50,210 nucleotides of DNA. Source: Patescibacteria group bacterium UBA5187 (GTDB lineage Bacteria; Patescibacteriota; Minisyncoccia; Phycocordibacterales; PALSA-1337). This document shows, piece by piece, positions 1 to 9,752 of this stretch. The stretch spans positions 100,326 through 150,535 of the forward strand of contig DHWH01000015.1 in assembly GCA_002413065.1 (NCBI GenBank), read 5' to 3'. A program made the translations under genes and the position numbers. The first letter of the stretch is position 1. Each line of letters opens with the position of its first letter. A model generated the notes under the pieces. That model worked only from the letters and a program-made list of their open reading frames with translations, was not told the DNA's origin and did no database searches.

Positions 1-864
1 CTATACGCCTCTGTTACCGCTTACATTGTTAGCGATAACATATGGAGCGTGATATGGATACAAAGCCGATTGTACGCCCGACGCAGTCATCGGACATATC
101 TGTCCCGTGCACGGCTGATAATATGGAACGAGGGAAATATCAACGTATGTATATATTGAAGGCATATTCCACGTAATATTTTGTGTGGTGCCTTTTTGCC
201 ATACTTCCCCACCATTTGGCGAGAGGAGAATGAGGGAAGTTGTGACGGTACCAATAGTAACGGTAACATTCTTCGTAGCAACAAATCCCCTATCATCACG
301 TGCCGTAAACGTAATCGTATATGTTCCGGAATTTGAATATGCATGCGTGAACGTCGTGCTTTGACTGAACTGTGAGCCTGACATTGAACTCAAAGGGGTC
401 ATAACGTAACCTCCTTCATCTCCCCATCGCACCGAATAACTCACCGTTCTATTGCTTGATCCGGTTGCTTGAATACTCCATGTGCCTGACTGATTCACGC
501 TCAAAGAGCTTGGTGCAGTAACGACATTGATAGCAAGGTTGAGAGGGTTGCCGACACCACTATTGAGATGCTGTCGTGTCAGCGGACCGAAAAATCCAAG
601 AGCAGGAAGACCGACAGATCTCTGGTATGCCGCAACAGCGGCTTGTGTCTGTGAACCAAAATATCCCTTGCCTGATGCACCTGAACTGACAGACGGAATA
701 TCAAATCCATTAGTAATAAGCCATGTCTGAAGATTTACCACATCCTGTCCACTCGAACCCGCTGAAAGATTATTGGAAAAAGTGAAATTTTGCGCCGAAC
801 TTACCGAAACAATCGAGACGAAAGCCGCTAGAGCGATGCCTGAAATACTAATGTAATTTTTCAT
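1..864 (-). CDS. secreted protein: signal peptide + peptidoglycan-binding-like domain + PKD-like / Ig-like beta-sandwich domains
   Basis: ORF 1..957 ends with TAG at 1-3. Best start is the ATG at 862-864, giving MKNYISISGIALAAFVSIVSVSSAQ (signal peptide). GSSGQDVVNLQTWL...QTQAAVAAYQRSVGL resembles PG_binding_1. WGDEGG...HAYSNSGTYTITFTARDDRG resembles a PKD domain. Confidence 0.7.
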   Translation of the reverse strand: MKNYISISGIALAAFVSIVSVSSAQNFTFSNNLSAGSSGQDVVNLQTWLITNGFDIPSVSSGASGKGYFGSQTQAAVAAYQRSVGLPALGFFGPLTRQHLNSGVGNPLNLAINVVTAPSSLSVNQSGTWSIQATGSSNRTVSYSVRWGDEGGYVMTPLSSMSGSQFSQSTTFTHAYSNSGTYTITFTARDDRGFVATKNVTVTIGTVTTSLILLSPNGGEVWQKGTTQNITWNMPSIYTYVDISLVPYYQPCTGQICPMTASGVQSALYPYHAPYVIANNVSGNRGV

Positions 865-960
865 AGGATGGTTATAATTTAATAGATTCTGTAGACGTAT
901 AAATCTAGCCGTGTAACTGTCATACCTATTACCTAGTTTAGCATTCCATATCCTCAAATC

Positions 961-987
961 AAAAACCGCCCCAAAAGGCGGTTTTTT
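961..987 (-). terminator. intrinsic terminator (bidirectional hairpin) downstream of the 741-aa surface protein gene
   Basis: AAAAACCGCC-ccaaaa-GGCGGTTTTT: 10-bp stem flanked by an A-run and a T-run. Confidence 0.7.
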
Positions 988-1021
988 CGAATTATCCTAG
1001 AGTGTGTATTCGGCCACTATT

Positions 1022-3247
1022 TTAATGAACGACAGTGAACGGAACTGAGATGGTCACGCCGGAAGTAACCGGATCATATAGATGCATTGCGTAATTCCCT
1101 GCCGGGTATCCAGTACCTATTTTTATATCAGCACCTGTTTCACCCCTGTTTGCAGAAATAATCTGCTTTGTGGTACCGGGATAGATACGTCCGTCTTTTA
1201 CCAACTCAAATACAATATCGACAATGTTCCTGGCTACAAATGTTGCGTTGACGGTATCACCAGGTTTATATACGGATGCAGTCTGATTTGTTGCTTTATT
1301 TCTGAGAACTACGCTCGCGATGGATTTGTTGGAAGTAATGGAAAATGAATGGCTTGTAGTGGCTATTGCTGCGTTCGTGTTGCTTACTACCTTCACGGTA
1401 TAATCCGTGCCCAGTAGTACATCGGTAGGAACTGTAAGATTGTATGAAGTGCCTTTCGTCTGCAATGACTTGTTCACGATCAGCGCATCGCCTTTGAAGA
1501 GACTCACTGTCATACTATCACTATAATTCCATGCTACAGGGATAGTATCTCCCGGCATGAATGATTGACCTGCCGTCGGATTCGAGAGTGTCACTGCAGG
1601 AACGACTACAGAGAACGTGGTATCACTCGTATCATTAACTGCAGCATTTTGGTATTGAGTAATATAAATGTGGAAAGTACCTACGGTAGCAAAGCTTTTT
1701 GGAATGGTCCACACATAACTTGTCAGGGTATCTTTGACACGATTGACCTCGACAGCGTCAATCACATTGTTTACCCCATTTGTGTCCACATAATAGAGTG
1801 AAATTTTCGGAACAGTACCGTCAGTTTTCCAAGTGATAGTGAGCTTATCACCCGGCGATACGGTCGTGGTCTGAGCTTGAGAGCCGGAAGTAATATTCAT
1901 GATAGTCAGACTTGGAGCCACAACAGCGAAAGAGGTACTCGTTGAGAATACTCCCATGTTTGAAATATCGGTAACCTTGAAGAAGAAATTATTGCCAAGC
2001 TGCACATTCTTTGGAATGACGAATGTCCTTTCTTTTTCTGACGCAGTAATCAACAGAGATTTAGCCGAGAGGCTTGTCTGGTCTTTGAAAAGTTCAACGC
2101 GAACCGTGGAAACTCCCACGTTACCGCTTGACCAGGACACGACGACCGGCTGGCCGGGACGGACGCCTGCAGAAGACACATCTGTGCTAACCGTACCGAC
2201 AGTCTTACTCGTCACGACACTGAATACCGCTGTGTCTGAAATATTCTTGAGTTCAACACTCTTGACCTGGAATTTATATCCGGTGCCGGGTAATAACCCG
2301 ACTGGAGTATTCCACACATATGAATTGGATCCCGAAATGGATTTTACCGATGACACAAGAGTGGTGGTAGCGCCATTCTTGATATACGAGATGGAAACAG
2401 GCCCGACGTTACCGCTTATAGTCCAGCCTATGGTCGTGCTGCGTCCCGGAGTCACGACGATCGGCGAATCCCCGCTCGGACGGTTAATGGTTATACTGTC
2501 TGAACTGAAAATACTTACAACTCCTTTCGAAAGAGCGGATATATTATTTGTAACAATGGTAGCTCTTATTTTGTAGTCTCCGGTGGAAACAGCCGCTGGA
2601 ATCCGCAAAGAGACTGTTACTGCTCCATTGGCGGCGATGCCGGTTGTTGAAGCAACTTCGGTGGTCGCATTCGCGGGAACCAAAGCCACGCGAAGAGTAT
2701 CATTCATATAGAGTCCGGAAATCTTGAGATTTACTTTGAGAGTATTGCCGCGTTCTATGCGGGTAATGCCTGATGCTTGCGATTCCACAACAATGCCAAT
2801 TTTTTCTATACATCCATACAAAGCATTGAGTTTGAAGGACGTAGGTGTATCAAGAACACCGTTTACCATCAGCCCATTATTTTTTTGAAATGTGGCGACA
2901 GATACCGCCATCGAAAGTCCAAATTTGCCATTTTTCTCACTCGAATCGAGCTGGAAGCCGGCACGTTCACTCAATATGCGATATAAAGCCTTTGTCTCTG
3001 TGCTAATCTTAGTGCGTATGTCTGAAAAATCTCGCGAATAGAGGTTATTTTGATAAGCATCATTATCTGTATTCGTATATGCAAGAGTTTGATTATAGTA
3101 AAGTTGTTCCGTAAACGTATGACAAAAAGGAGTCACTTTTGAATTTGACGATTGTGCCAAAGCTTCATGGACTTGCGGAAGCTGGTAGGATATAAAAGTT
3201 AAGAGAATAAGAACTACAATATATTTTAGGTGATGGTGAGTATTCAT
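1022..3247 (-). CDS. large secreted surface protein: signal peptide, PG-binding-like module, then about 6 tandem ~90-100 aa Ser/Thr-rich Ig-like repeats
   Basis: N-terminus MNTHHHLKYIVVLILLTFISYQL...ALAQ. Recurring repeat pattern P-G-x-x-hydrophobic-x-hydrophobic-x-W ... Y-x-W-x-hydrophobic-P ... G-x-Y-x-hydrophobic, e.g. VTPGRSTTIGWTISG..SYVWNTPVGLLPGTGYKFQV, VSPGDKLTITWKTDG..SYVWTIPKSF, FMPGDTIPVAWNYS..YNLTVPTDVLLGTDYTVKV. Confidence 0.75.
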   Translation of the reverse strand: MNTHHHLKYIVVLILLTFISYQLPQVHEALAQSSNSKVTPFCHTFTEQLYYNQTLAYTNTDNDAYQNNLYSRDFSDIRTKISTETKALYRILSERAGFQLDSSEKNGKFGLSMAVSVATFQKNNGLMVNGVLDTPTSFKLNALYGCIEKIGIVVESQASGITRIERGNTLKVNLKISGLYMNDTLRVALVPANATTEVASTTGIAANGAVTVSLRIPAAVSTGDYKIRATIVTNNISALSKGVVSIFSSDSITINRPSGDSPIVVTPGRSTTIGWTISGNVGPVSISYIKNGATTTLVSSVKSISGSNSYVWNTPVGLLPGTGYKFQVKSVELKNISDTAVFSVVTSKTVGTVSTDVSSAGVRPGQPVVVSWSSGNVGVSTVRVELFKDQTSLSAKSLLITASEKERTFVIPKNVQLGNNFFFKVTDISNMGVFSTSTSFAVVAPSLTIMNITSGSQAQTTTVSPGDKLTITWKTDGTVPKISLYYVDTNGVNNVIDAVEVNRVKDTLTSYVWTIPKSFATVGTFHIYITQYQNAAVNDTSDTTFSVVVPAVTLSNPTAGQSFMPGDTIPVAWNYSDSMTVSLFKGDALIVNKSLQTKGTSYNLTVPTDVLLGTDYTVKVVSNTNAAIATTSHSFSITSNKSIASVVLRNKATNQTASVYKPGDTVNATFVARNIVDIVFELVKDGRIYPGTTKQIISANRGETGADIKIGTGYPAGNYAMHLYDPVTSGVTISVPFTVVH

Positions 3248-3539
3248 AAGGTATTTATATGTTAATAAAATTTACTGCAAGAATTTACTACGGTATCCAA
3301 TAACGGAGAAAGACATGCCTCAATGTGAGGACATGCCTTTGGGTAGTGAGGAAAGTATAGCATCTGTACTTTTCGGGACAAGGAGGAGTTATCAACAGGT
3401 ATCCCCATCGGAGCAAACAATACTGGCACGCAAAGCGGGGGTGCTTTTCAAGAATTGGAGAGGTAGGTGAAAATTGACATTGAAACAACGACGGTTTAGT
3501 ATGACCAACGGAACAAAAAATAATTAACAACCGTAAACT

Positions 3540-4220
3540 ATGCACCTTGATCGAGATGAACTCTTTCGACGGGCCCAGGAAGTGGTGGGAAGGGCATGTG
3601 GAATCTCTCCTGACCAGATACTTGAACGTGGACACGATGCCAAACATACTGAGGCACAAATGATCCTCATGTACTTTTGTACTCGCGGCTTCCCCGATAA
3701 GTACCGATGCACTGACCATTCGATAGGTCGGCGCTTCGGTGTAAAATCAGACACCTGCAGAGCTGCACGCACAAGAATGAACAAAGCAGTGAGGGATCCC
3801 GGCTTTAAACAAAAAGTCAATGATCTATTGGCTGAAATTCTATCCTGCCTTCCTCTGGAAGACATGGAACCCGCGATTCACGAAATCGCATCCGAGATGG
3901 AGGTAACTGCTCCCCACAAAAGAGGGTTACTGGATATCGCTTTGGAAGTCTGCACCAGACACACGGTATCCGAATTGGACATGAGTGAGATCATTCAGAT
4001 AGCTTTCTGTGTCTCTGTCTATCTCACATGGAAAGATGAGGAACTGCGGATAGAAAAAGTCATGGAGAGATTCCAAAAAGATCTCGATGAAGTCCGATGT
4101 GCAATCAAATTCGTCCTCGACTGTCGGGGAAACGGCTGTGCAGAAAAGATCGAGGCTATCCTGGCAGAAACTCGGGCAAAACTGAAAGAGTCTGCGGCTA
4201 CATCTGTGTCTGTGTCGTAA
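3540..4220 (+). CDS. DnaA C-terminal (domain IV)-like helix-turn-helix protein, possibly two tandem copies of the fold
   Basis: ELFRRAQEVVGRACGISPDQILERGHDAKHTEAQMILMYFCTRG...SIGRRFGVKSDTCRAARTRMNKAVRDPGFKQKVNDLLAEI follows the Bac_DnaA_C pattern (I..V...fgv....l.s..R.....aRqiamYl.r.....s...IG..Fg..dhstV..a..ki). The second half (LLDIALEVCTRHTVSELDMSEIIQIAFCVSVYL...VMERFQKDLDEVRCAIKFV) weakly repeats it. There is no AAA+ domain. Confidence 0.55.
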   Translation: MHLDRDELFRRAQEVVGRACGISPDQILERGHDAKHTEAQMILMYFCTRGFPDKYRCTDHSIGRRFGVKSDTCRAARTRMNKAVRDPGFKQKVNDLLAEILSCLPLEDMEPAIHEIASEMEVTAPHKRGLLDIALEVCTRHTVSELDMSEIIQIAFCVSVYLTWKDEELRIEKVMERFQKDLDEVRCAIKFVLDCRGNGCAEKIEAILAETRAKLKESAATSVSVS

Positions 4221-4238
4221 ATCCACCGCATAAAGCAC

Positions 4239-4262
4239 GACCACGGAGTTCCGTGGTTTTTT
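4239..4262 (+). terminator. intrinsic terminator after the DnaA-IV-like gene
   Basis: CCACGG-agtt-CCGTGG followed by TTTTTT. Confidence 0.7.
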
Positions 4263-4324
4263 AATGCATGCTTTTTATTTCTAATTTTATTTAATTAACC
4301 CCTCCAAATACCTTATTGAATATC

Positions 4325-6469
4325 TTATTTTCTTTTCTCCGCAATCTCCAACGCTACGTTCGCAGGAACAACTTCATAGTGATCAAATTCCATCATGGCG
4401 CTTCCCTTTCCCGAGGTCATCGAACGGAGCTGTGTCGTGTAACCGAACATCTCTGAAAGAGGAACCTTGGCATGAATGGCGAGGTCCTGGCCTTTTGGTT
4501 CCGAACCTTCGATAGTGCCGCGCTTGGAAGCAATGGAACCGTTGACGTCACCCATGTATTTTTCTGGAGCAACGACTTCGAGTCTCATGACAGGTTCGAG
4601 AATGACAGGTTTCGCACGCTTGGCTGCATCTTGGAAAGCTTGTGAGGCAGCGATCTTGTAAGCGATTTCCGATGAGTCCACATCGTGATACGAACCGAAT
4701 GTAAGTTCACAGGAAACATTCACCAATTTGTATCCGGCAACGATACCGCGATCCATAGCTTCCCGAACTCCCTTTTCAACTGCAGGAATAAATTCATTTG
4801 GAATCACACCTCCCTTGATGTTGTTGATGAATTCGAAGTCATCATAGCGATGAACGTTCTTTGGGATCTTCTCGCCTTCTGGCCATGGTTCCAAAGGTTT
4901 GACTGTGAGGCGAACGTGTCCGTACTGACCTTTACCTCCGGTCTGCTTGATATATTTGTGTTCTGCCTCGGCAGAGTTCATGATCGTCTCGCGATATGCC
5001 ACCTGTGGCTCGCCGACATTGGCTTCGACGCCGAATTCGCGTTTCATACGATCCACCATGATCTCGAGGTGAAGTTCACCCATACCTGAAATGATAGTCT
5101 CGCCTGTTTCCGAGTTTGAAGAAATTCTGAAAGTAGGATCTTCGTTACCGAGTTTGCGGAGAGCCATGCCCATTTTTTCCTGGTCGGCTTTGGTCTTTGG
5201 TTCGATGCGGAGAGAAACGACGGGTTCCATAAATTTGATGACCTCCAAAACTATCGGGTTGTTCTCATCACAGAATGTGTTTGATGTAAGGGCATCTTTC
5301 AAACCTACAGCTGCGGCGATCTCGCCTGCAAAAACTTTTTTGACTTCTTCGCGCTTGTCAGCCTGGAGGCGAACGATACGGCCCAAACGCTCTTTCTTGC
5401 CCGTTGTTGAGTTATAAATATATGTTCCAGCTTCGATGGATCCGGAGTACACGCGGAAGAAGGTCAGAGCACCAACGAATGGGTCATTCTGAAGTTTGAA
5501 TGCCAAAGCCGCAAAAGGCTCTTCATCTGAGGCATTTCGGACTACATCTTCACCTGTATTCGGATTGATGCCGTGCACAGAAGGAATATCCAAAGGTGAT
5601 GGGAGATAATCAACGACGGCATCGAGAACCAATTGAACACCAATGTTCTTCAATGCTGAACCGGCAAACACAGGGAAAATCTCGTTGGCAATAACTGCCT
5701 TACGGGTAATCTTCCTGAGATCCTCGATACCGACCTCCTTGCCTTCAAGGTAACTCTGCATTGCAGTCTCATCGCGTTCGACGATCTTTTCTACCATTTC
5801 TGCGCGATATTTTTTTGCTTCTTCGAGAAGCTCAGCTGGAATCTCCGCCTCAATGATCTTGTCGCCCATTTCTCCTTCAAAATAGAAAGCCTTCATCTGC
5901 ATAAGATCGACAACACCCTTGTGTTCCCCTTCCAAACCGATAGGAATCTGGAATCGGATTGCATTTTTATTCAAACCTTCAAGAATAGACTTGTATGACT
6001 TTTCAAATGACGCACCGGTGCGGTCCAATTTGTTGATGAAACAGAGACGAGGAACTTTTCCTTCATCGGCATAGCGCCAGTTCGTTTGAGATTGAGGTTC
6101 CACGCCGGCAACGCCGTCGAATACCACGACTGCGCCGTCGAGCACGCGGAGAGAACGCTTTACTTCCACGGTAAAGTCGATGTGGCCTGGCGTATCGATA
6201 ATATTGAATCGGACCTTCTTCGACGAATCCGTTTTTGGCATATAGGTAGGATTCCAAAAACATGTAACCGCAGCTGCAGTAATAGTGATACCGCGCTCGC
6301 GCTCCTGTTCCATCCAGTCAGTGACAGTGTCACCTTCATGAACTTCACCGATCTTGTGAGTCATGCCTGTGTAGTAAAGGATACGTTCAGATGTAGTCGT
6401 TTTGCCGGCATCGATGTGGGCGATGATGCCGAAGTTTCGCATTCTCTCCAATGGGTAGTCGCGGTTCAT
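4325..6469 (-). CDS. fusA: translation elongation factor G
   Basis: [35 protein letters not shown]..., DTPGHIDF and NKLDR GTPase motifs, full-length EF-G. Start moved to the ATG at 6467-6469. Confidence 0.97.
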   Translation of the reverse strand: MNRDYPLERMRNFGIIAHIDAGKTTTSERILYYTGMTHKIGEVHEGDTVTDWMEQERERGITITAAAVTCFWNPTYMPKTDSSKKVRFNIIDTPGHIDFTVEVKRSLRVLDGAVVVFDGVAGVEPQSQTNWRYADEGKVPRLCFINKLDRTGASFEKSYKSILEGLNKNAIRFQIPIGLEGEHKGVVDLMQMKAFYFEGEMGDKIIEAEIPAELLEEAKKYRAEMVEKIVERDETAMQSYLEGKEVGIEDLRKITRKAVIANEIFPVFAGSALKNIGVQLVLDAVVDYLPSPLDIPSVHGINPNTGEDVVRNASDEEPFAALAFKLQNDPFVGALTFFRVYSGSIEAGTYIYNSTTGKKERLGRIVRLQADKREEVKKVFAGEIAAAVGLKDALTSNTFCDENNPIVLEVIKFMEPVVSLRIEPKTKADQEKMGMALRKLGNEDPTFRISSNSETGETIISGMGELHLEIMVDRMKREFGVEANVGEPQVAYRETIMNSAEAEHKYIKQTGGKGQYGHVRLTVKPLEPWPEGEKIPKNVHRYDDFEFINNIKGGVIPNEFIPAVEKGVREAMDRGIVAGYKLVNVSCELTFGSYHDVDSSEIAYKIAASQAFQDAAKRAKPVILEPVMRLEVVAPEKYMGDVNGSIASKRGTIEGSEPKGQDLAIHAKVPLSEMFGYTTQLRSMTSGKGSAMMEFDHYEVVPANVALEIAEKRK

Positions 6470-6595
6470 AAAATATAGCCTTATTTTTAGTGATAAATAA
6501 AAAAGCGCAATGGCTCTTAGTGCCAAGTACGATACAGCAAATGAGCGAAATAATCAAATTGTAAGACTTCTGAAGCTTGTCCGTCAGCTGTAATA

Positions 6596-6856
6596 ATGAA
6601 TACATTAATTCATGCTGACATATTCTTCTTTGTAACGACTGTCGCCGTAGCTGTGATTGCAGTCCTTTTTATCATAGCTTTCGTATATGTATTCAAAATA
6701 CTAGCTAATCTGCGTCACATAACAGACAGAGCGAAGGTTGAGGGCGATCTCATAATGGATGAGGTACGACGGATGCGTGAATCGATGCGTTTCCATAGAT
6801 TTGGCATCGGAACGATCGTGCGATTCATACGACGGACGGTCGGAAGATATTATTAA
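6596..6856 (+). CDS. small membrane protein, hypothetical
   Basis: One clear TM helix (FFFVTTVAVAVIAVLFIIAFVYVF) followed by a charged tail. No recognisable family. Confidence 0.5.
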   Translation: MNTLIHADIFFFVTTVAVAVIAVLFIIAFVYVFKILANLRHITDRAKVEGDLIMDEVRRMRESMRFHRFGIGTIVRFIRRTVGRYY

Positions 6857-6890
6857 CACCGCTCATCATGAGTACTAATTATATACACAT

Positions 6891-7283
6891 ATGAACAGAC
6901 GACATTTATTTGAAAGAGAATCATCAAGCGCTAAAAAGAACCTTGGCATAGGACTGGCCGCCGCGGGCATAGGAGCCGCAATTACATATTTTCTCTATGG
7001 CACTGAAAAAGGTGCCCGTAAACGTGAAGATATCAAACAATTTGCGTACAAAATGAAAGACCGGGCAATGGAAACAACCGGAGAATTAGGAAGTATGGCC
7101 AAAGATATCTACAAAGACATGGCTTCCCTATTGAAAGACAAGTACGAGGACATAAAAGATATGGACAGCGAAGACGTAAAGGCTTTGGGTGACAGAATTC
7201 GCGAGCACTGGGAAGAAATGCGCGGAGATATTGAGGATACAATCGAAAAGGCCGCGGATAACCGCGACCAATCCGAGAAATAA
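6891..7283 (+). CDS. YtxH-like general stress/membrane-associated protein
   Basis: KNLGIGLAAAGIGAAITYFLYGTEKGARKREDIKQF followed by a charged helical tail, as in the YtxH family. Confidence 0.6.
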   Translation: MNRRHLFERESSSAKKNLGIGLAAAGIGAAITYFLYGTEKGARKREDIKQFAYKMKDRAMETTGELGSMAKDIYKDMASLLKDKYEDIKDMDSEDVKALGDRIREHWEEMRGDIEDTIEKAADNRDQSEK

Positions 7284-7394
7284 TGTGAGTAAGCTAAGCC
7301 TCTAGCTCTATCAATTCCGTCTCGCTCTATAAAAATTAATGTTTAGAAATAAATGAATCGGTTGAGCTCGACGAGATTTTGGCCTAGCCAAAAT

Positions 7395-7865
7395 CTACCA
7401 CGCAAAGTGTGCGAATGCCTTGTTGGCCTCTGCCATTTTGTGAACGTTATCACGCTTTTTGACAGCTTCGCCTTCATTCTTTGATGCTGCAATGATCTCG
7501 TCAGCGAGTTTGAGATGAATGGGGGCTCCCTTCTTTGAACGGGCGGCTTCGATGATCCATTTCATGGACAAAGCTTGCTTGCGTTCCGGACGAACTTCGC
7601 GAGGAACCTGATAGTTTGCTCCTCCTACCCGGCGGGAACGGACTTCCATAGCAGGAGTGGTATTTTTGAGGGCCAATTCGAAAAGTTCGAGAGGGTTCTC
7701 AACCTTTGCCTTCTCTTTGATGGCCTCCATGCAGTCAGCAACGATGCCGCGTGCAATATTTTTCTTGCCTGATTCCATTATATAATTTGAAAATTTGGAA
7801 AGCTTGAGTGATTGGTATGTCACATCGGGCTTCAATACGCGTTTTATGTTTAGTTTTCTTCGCAT
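7395..7865 (-). CDS. rpsG: 30S ribosomal protein S7
   Basis: MRRKLNIKRVLKPDVTYQS...ANYQVPREVRPERKQALSMKWII...KMAEANKAFAHFAW: full-length S7. Confidence 0.97.
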   Translation of the reverse strand: MRRKLNIKRVLKPDVTYQSLKLSKFSNYIMESGKKNIARGIVADCMEAIKEKAKVENPLELFELALKNTTPAMEVRSRRVGGANYQVPREVRPERKQALSMKWIIEAARSKKGAPIHLKLADEIIAASKNEGEAVKKRDNVHKMAEANKAFAHFAW

Positions 7866-7903
7866 GATAGTTTATATTTAAGATTGGTCTTCAATCTTCT
7901 TAA

Positions 7904-8323
7904 TTAAGCCTGGGCGGCCTTCGGTCTCTTGTTGCCGTATTGACTGCGACCTTTTCTGCGACTTTCTACACCGGCACAATCCAAAACGCCTCGAACTATG
8001 GAATAACGCAAACCTACGTCTTTGACACGGCCTCCGCGAAGGAGAACTACGGCGTGTTCCTGCAGGTTATGTCCCATTCCTGGGATATATGCAGTGACCT
8101 CAAGACCGTTAGTGAGACGAACGCGGGCAATCTTACGGATAGCTGAGTTAGGCTTCTTTGGAGTCTTGGTTGTTACTTTCACGCAGACACCTCGTTTGAA
8201 TGGTGCGGGAAAGAATACCGGACGATTCTTGATCGAATTGAATGTTCGTGTCAATGCGATGGATTTCGACTTCTGCTTGAAACGCTTGCGATGGATTTTT
8301 GTTAACTGGTTTATTGTTGGCAT
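7904..8323 (-). CDS. rpsL: 30S ribosomal protein S12
   Basis: MPTINQL...[59 protein letters not shown]: canonical S12. Confidence 0.97.
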   Translation of the reverse strand: MPTINQLTKIHRKRFKQKSKSIALTRTFNSIKNRPVFFPAPFKRGVCVKVTTKTPKKPNSAIRKIARVRLTNGLEVTAYIPGMGHNLQEHAVVLLRGGRVKDVGLRYSIVRGVLDCAGVESRRKGRSQYGNKRPKAAQA

Positions 8324-8480
8324 GTTTAATACTTACGAATAAAAGCTAGTGGCAATTCTGAATTATTCACCGCGGTTGGTGTGAGATGTACCAAGGCGAT
8401 TACTCATTCTTGCCTGAATAATGTACGTGTCTTACTAAGACAGTGGAAGTACCTTATCACATGAATATGTATAGGGCAAG

Positions 8481-8799
8481 ACAAAAGGCGCACAGATGTA
8501 CGCCTTGTAATTCTTCAACTAACCCGATAAATCGGAGTGCTGACGGTTAACTAATCTAACAATGCACCGCACCGTCAGCACTCACTTTTCCTACGATCGC
8601 AGGAGGAACATCCGGCTAACCATAGAAAACTAAGGGGTTCCCCGGCACCAGCCCAACCAAGCTGGCACCGGGGTATCCATCCCCCGTGATCGGGCTGCGA
8701 TCCGACCAAATTAAAATCTGTCATGATAGTACCAGTTCTGATGTTAATGTCAAGTGCCCGAGAACGGGGTACGCGCTTGCTCGTTGAACTCCCGAGTCA
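8481..8799 (-). ncRNA. candidate structured ncRNA or long structured 3' UTR, family not identified
   Basis: About 320 nt with no ORF between the M50 protease stop and the rpsL promoter region. 13-bp hairpin 8640-8652/8661-8673. 11-bp hairpin 8537-8547/8571-8581. 8-bp long-range helix 8595-8602/8695-8702. Terminator hairpin 8485-8506 with a U-tail only on the minus strand. Two helices contain positions that are G-U pairs on the minus strand but C-A mismatches on the plus strand. Confidence 0.35.
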
Positions 8800-9408
8800 C
8801 TAAAAATTGATTCCTGTAAAAAGTTTAAAAATGGGAAATATTATCGGAGAAATGACCTGCCACAGAAAGAAAACGACAATGAGTATGAACATCGGTGCAT
8901 ATGTTTCCATGAGTATCCTCATGCGGCCATATTGCTGTGGCAACCAGGCGAACAAAAGTTTTGATCCATCCAAGGGCGGAATAGGAATGAGGTTAAAAAC
9001 CGCCAAAACGATATTGATAAGCACTATATATGAGGCAACCTCTATGAAAGGCGTCATTGTACTTTGACCGGCTGCCACAAAACGGATGATCGTTCCGAAA
9101 ATAAGAGCGAGGACAATATTCGACAGCGGACCGGCTATAGCAATTAAAAACTCGCCTTGGCGCTTGTTCTTCAAATTATATGGATTGTATATAACCGGTT
9201 TCGCCCATCCAAAAGTAAAACCGAAGAGTGATGTAATGAGAGGGACAATGATGGACCCGACCGGATCGATATGCGCGATTGGATTCAGGGTCAGCCTTCC
9301 CTGCATTCGGGCTGTGGGATCTCCCAATAGGTCAGCCATATAGCCATGAGATACTTCATGGATAATCACGGAAAATATAAGGATGACTATGGATATGACG
9401 GTTATCAT
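8800..9408 (-). CDS. site-2 protease family (peptidase M50) intramembrane zinc metalloprotease
   Basis: HEVSHGYMADLLGDPTA...GRLTLNPIAHIDPVGS and NLIPIPPLDGSK motifs, multiple TM helices. Confidence 0.85.
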   Translation of the reverse strand: MITVISIVILIFSVIIHEVSHGYMADLLGDPTARMQGRLTLNPIAHIDPVGSIIVPLITSLFGFTFGWAKPVIYNPYNLKNKRQGEFLIAIAGPLSNIVLALIFGTIIRFVAAGQSTMTPFIEVASYIVLINIVLAVFNLIPIPPLDGSKLLFAWLPQQYGRMRILMETYAPMFILIVVFFLWQVISPIIFPIFKLFTGINF

Positions 9409-9485
9409 GATATGTATGACGTAACCCCAGAGAAAAACTTGAAGTTTGTATATCCATATGTTAGCATATGTTTCTCATTAATTTT

Positions 9486-9731
9486 ATGGCTAAAGTCTGT
9501 GCAATAACTAAAAGAGGTTCCATCATGGGCGGTCGCTACTCGAACCGTACTCGTGCAACGCAGTTCAATCCCTGCGGCAATATTCGCAAATACCCGAACC
9601 TCCAGAAAAAGAGAATCTACGTCCCTGAATTGAAAAAAACAATCATTTTGAATATATCAACCCGCGCACTCCGTACTATCCAGAAGAATGGCGCATACAG
9701 CACTCTTAAGAAAGCTGGCGTTATAAAATAA
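9486..9731 (+). CDS. rpmB: 50S ribosomal protein L28
   Basis: MAKVCAITKRGSIMGGRYSNRTRATQ...PNLQKKRIYVPELKKTI.LNISTRALRTIQKNG: L28 pattern. Start set to the ATG at 9486. Confidence 0.9.
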   Translation: MAKVCAITKRGSIMGGRYSNRTRATQFNPCGNIRKYPNLQKKRIYVPELKKTIILNISTRALRTIQKNGAYSTLKKAGVIK

Positions 9732-9752
9732 GTTTGGCTTAATCCAAAATAA

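Noticed and set aside
1899-2576. 225-aa plus-strand ORF, and other plus-strand ORFs at 1082-2986.
   Set aside because: They are antisense to the 741-aa repeat protein, whose frame has clear domain repeats. The translations are low-complexity with no motifs.
3288-3865. Minus-strand ORFs of 143 and 113 aa.
   Set aside because: They overlap the DnaA-IV-like plus-strand gene and its upstream region, and their translations have no recognisable features.
8601-8632. Plus-strand GAGGAACATCCGGCTAACCATAG resembles the RNase P RNA P4/J5 consensus GAGGAAAGUCCGGGCUCCAUAG.
   Set aside because: No complementary P4 3' strand (..CCGGAUGU.. or ACAGAA-NNNGGCUUA) occurs downstream. Only about 200 nt remain before the M50 CDS. 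Helix G-U evidence and the terminator indicate transcription of the opposite strand.
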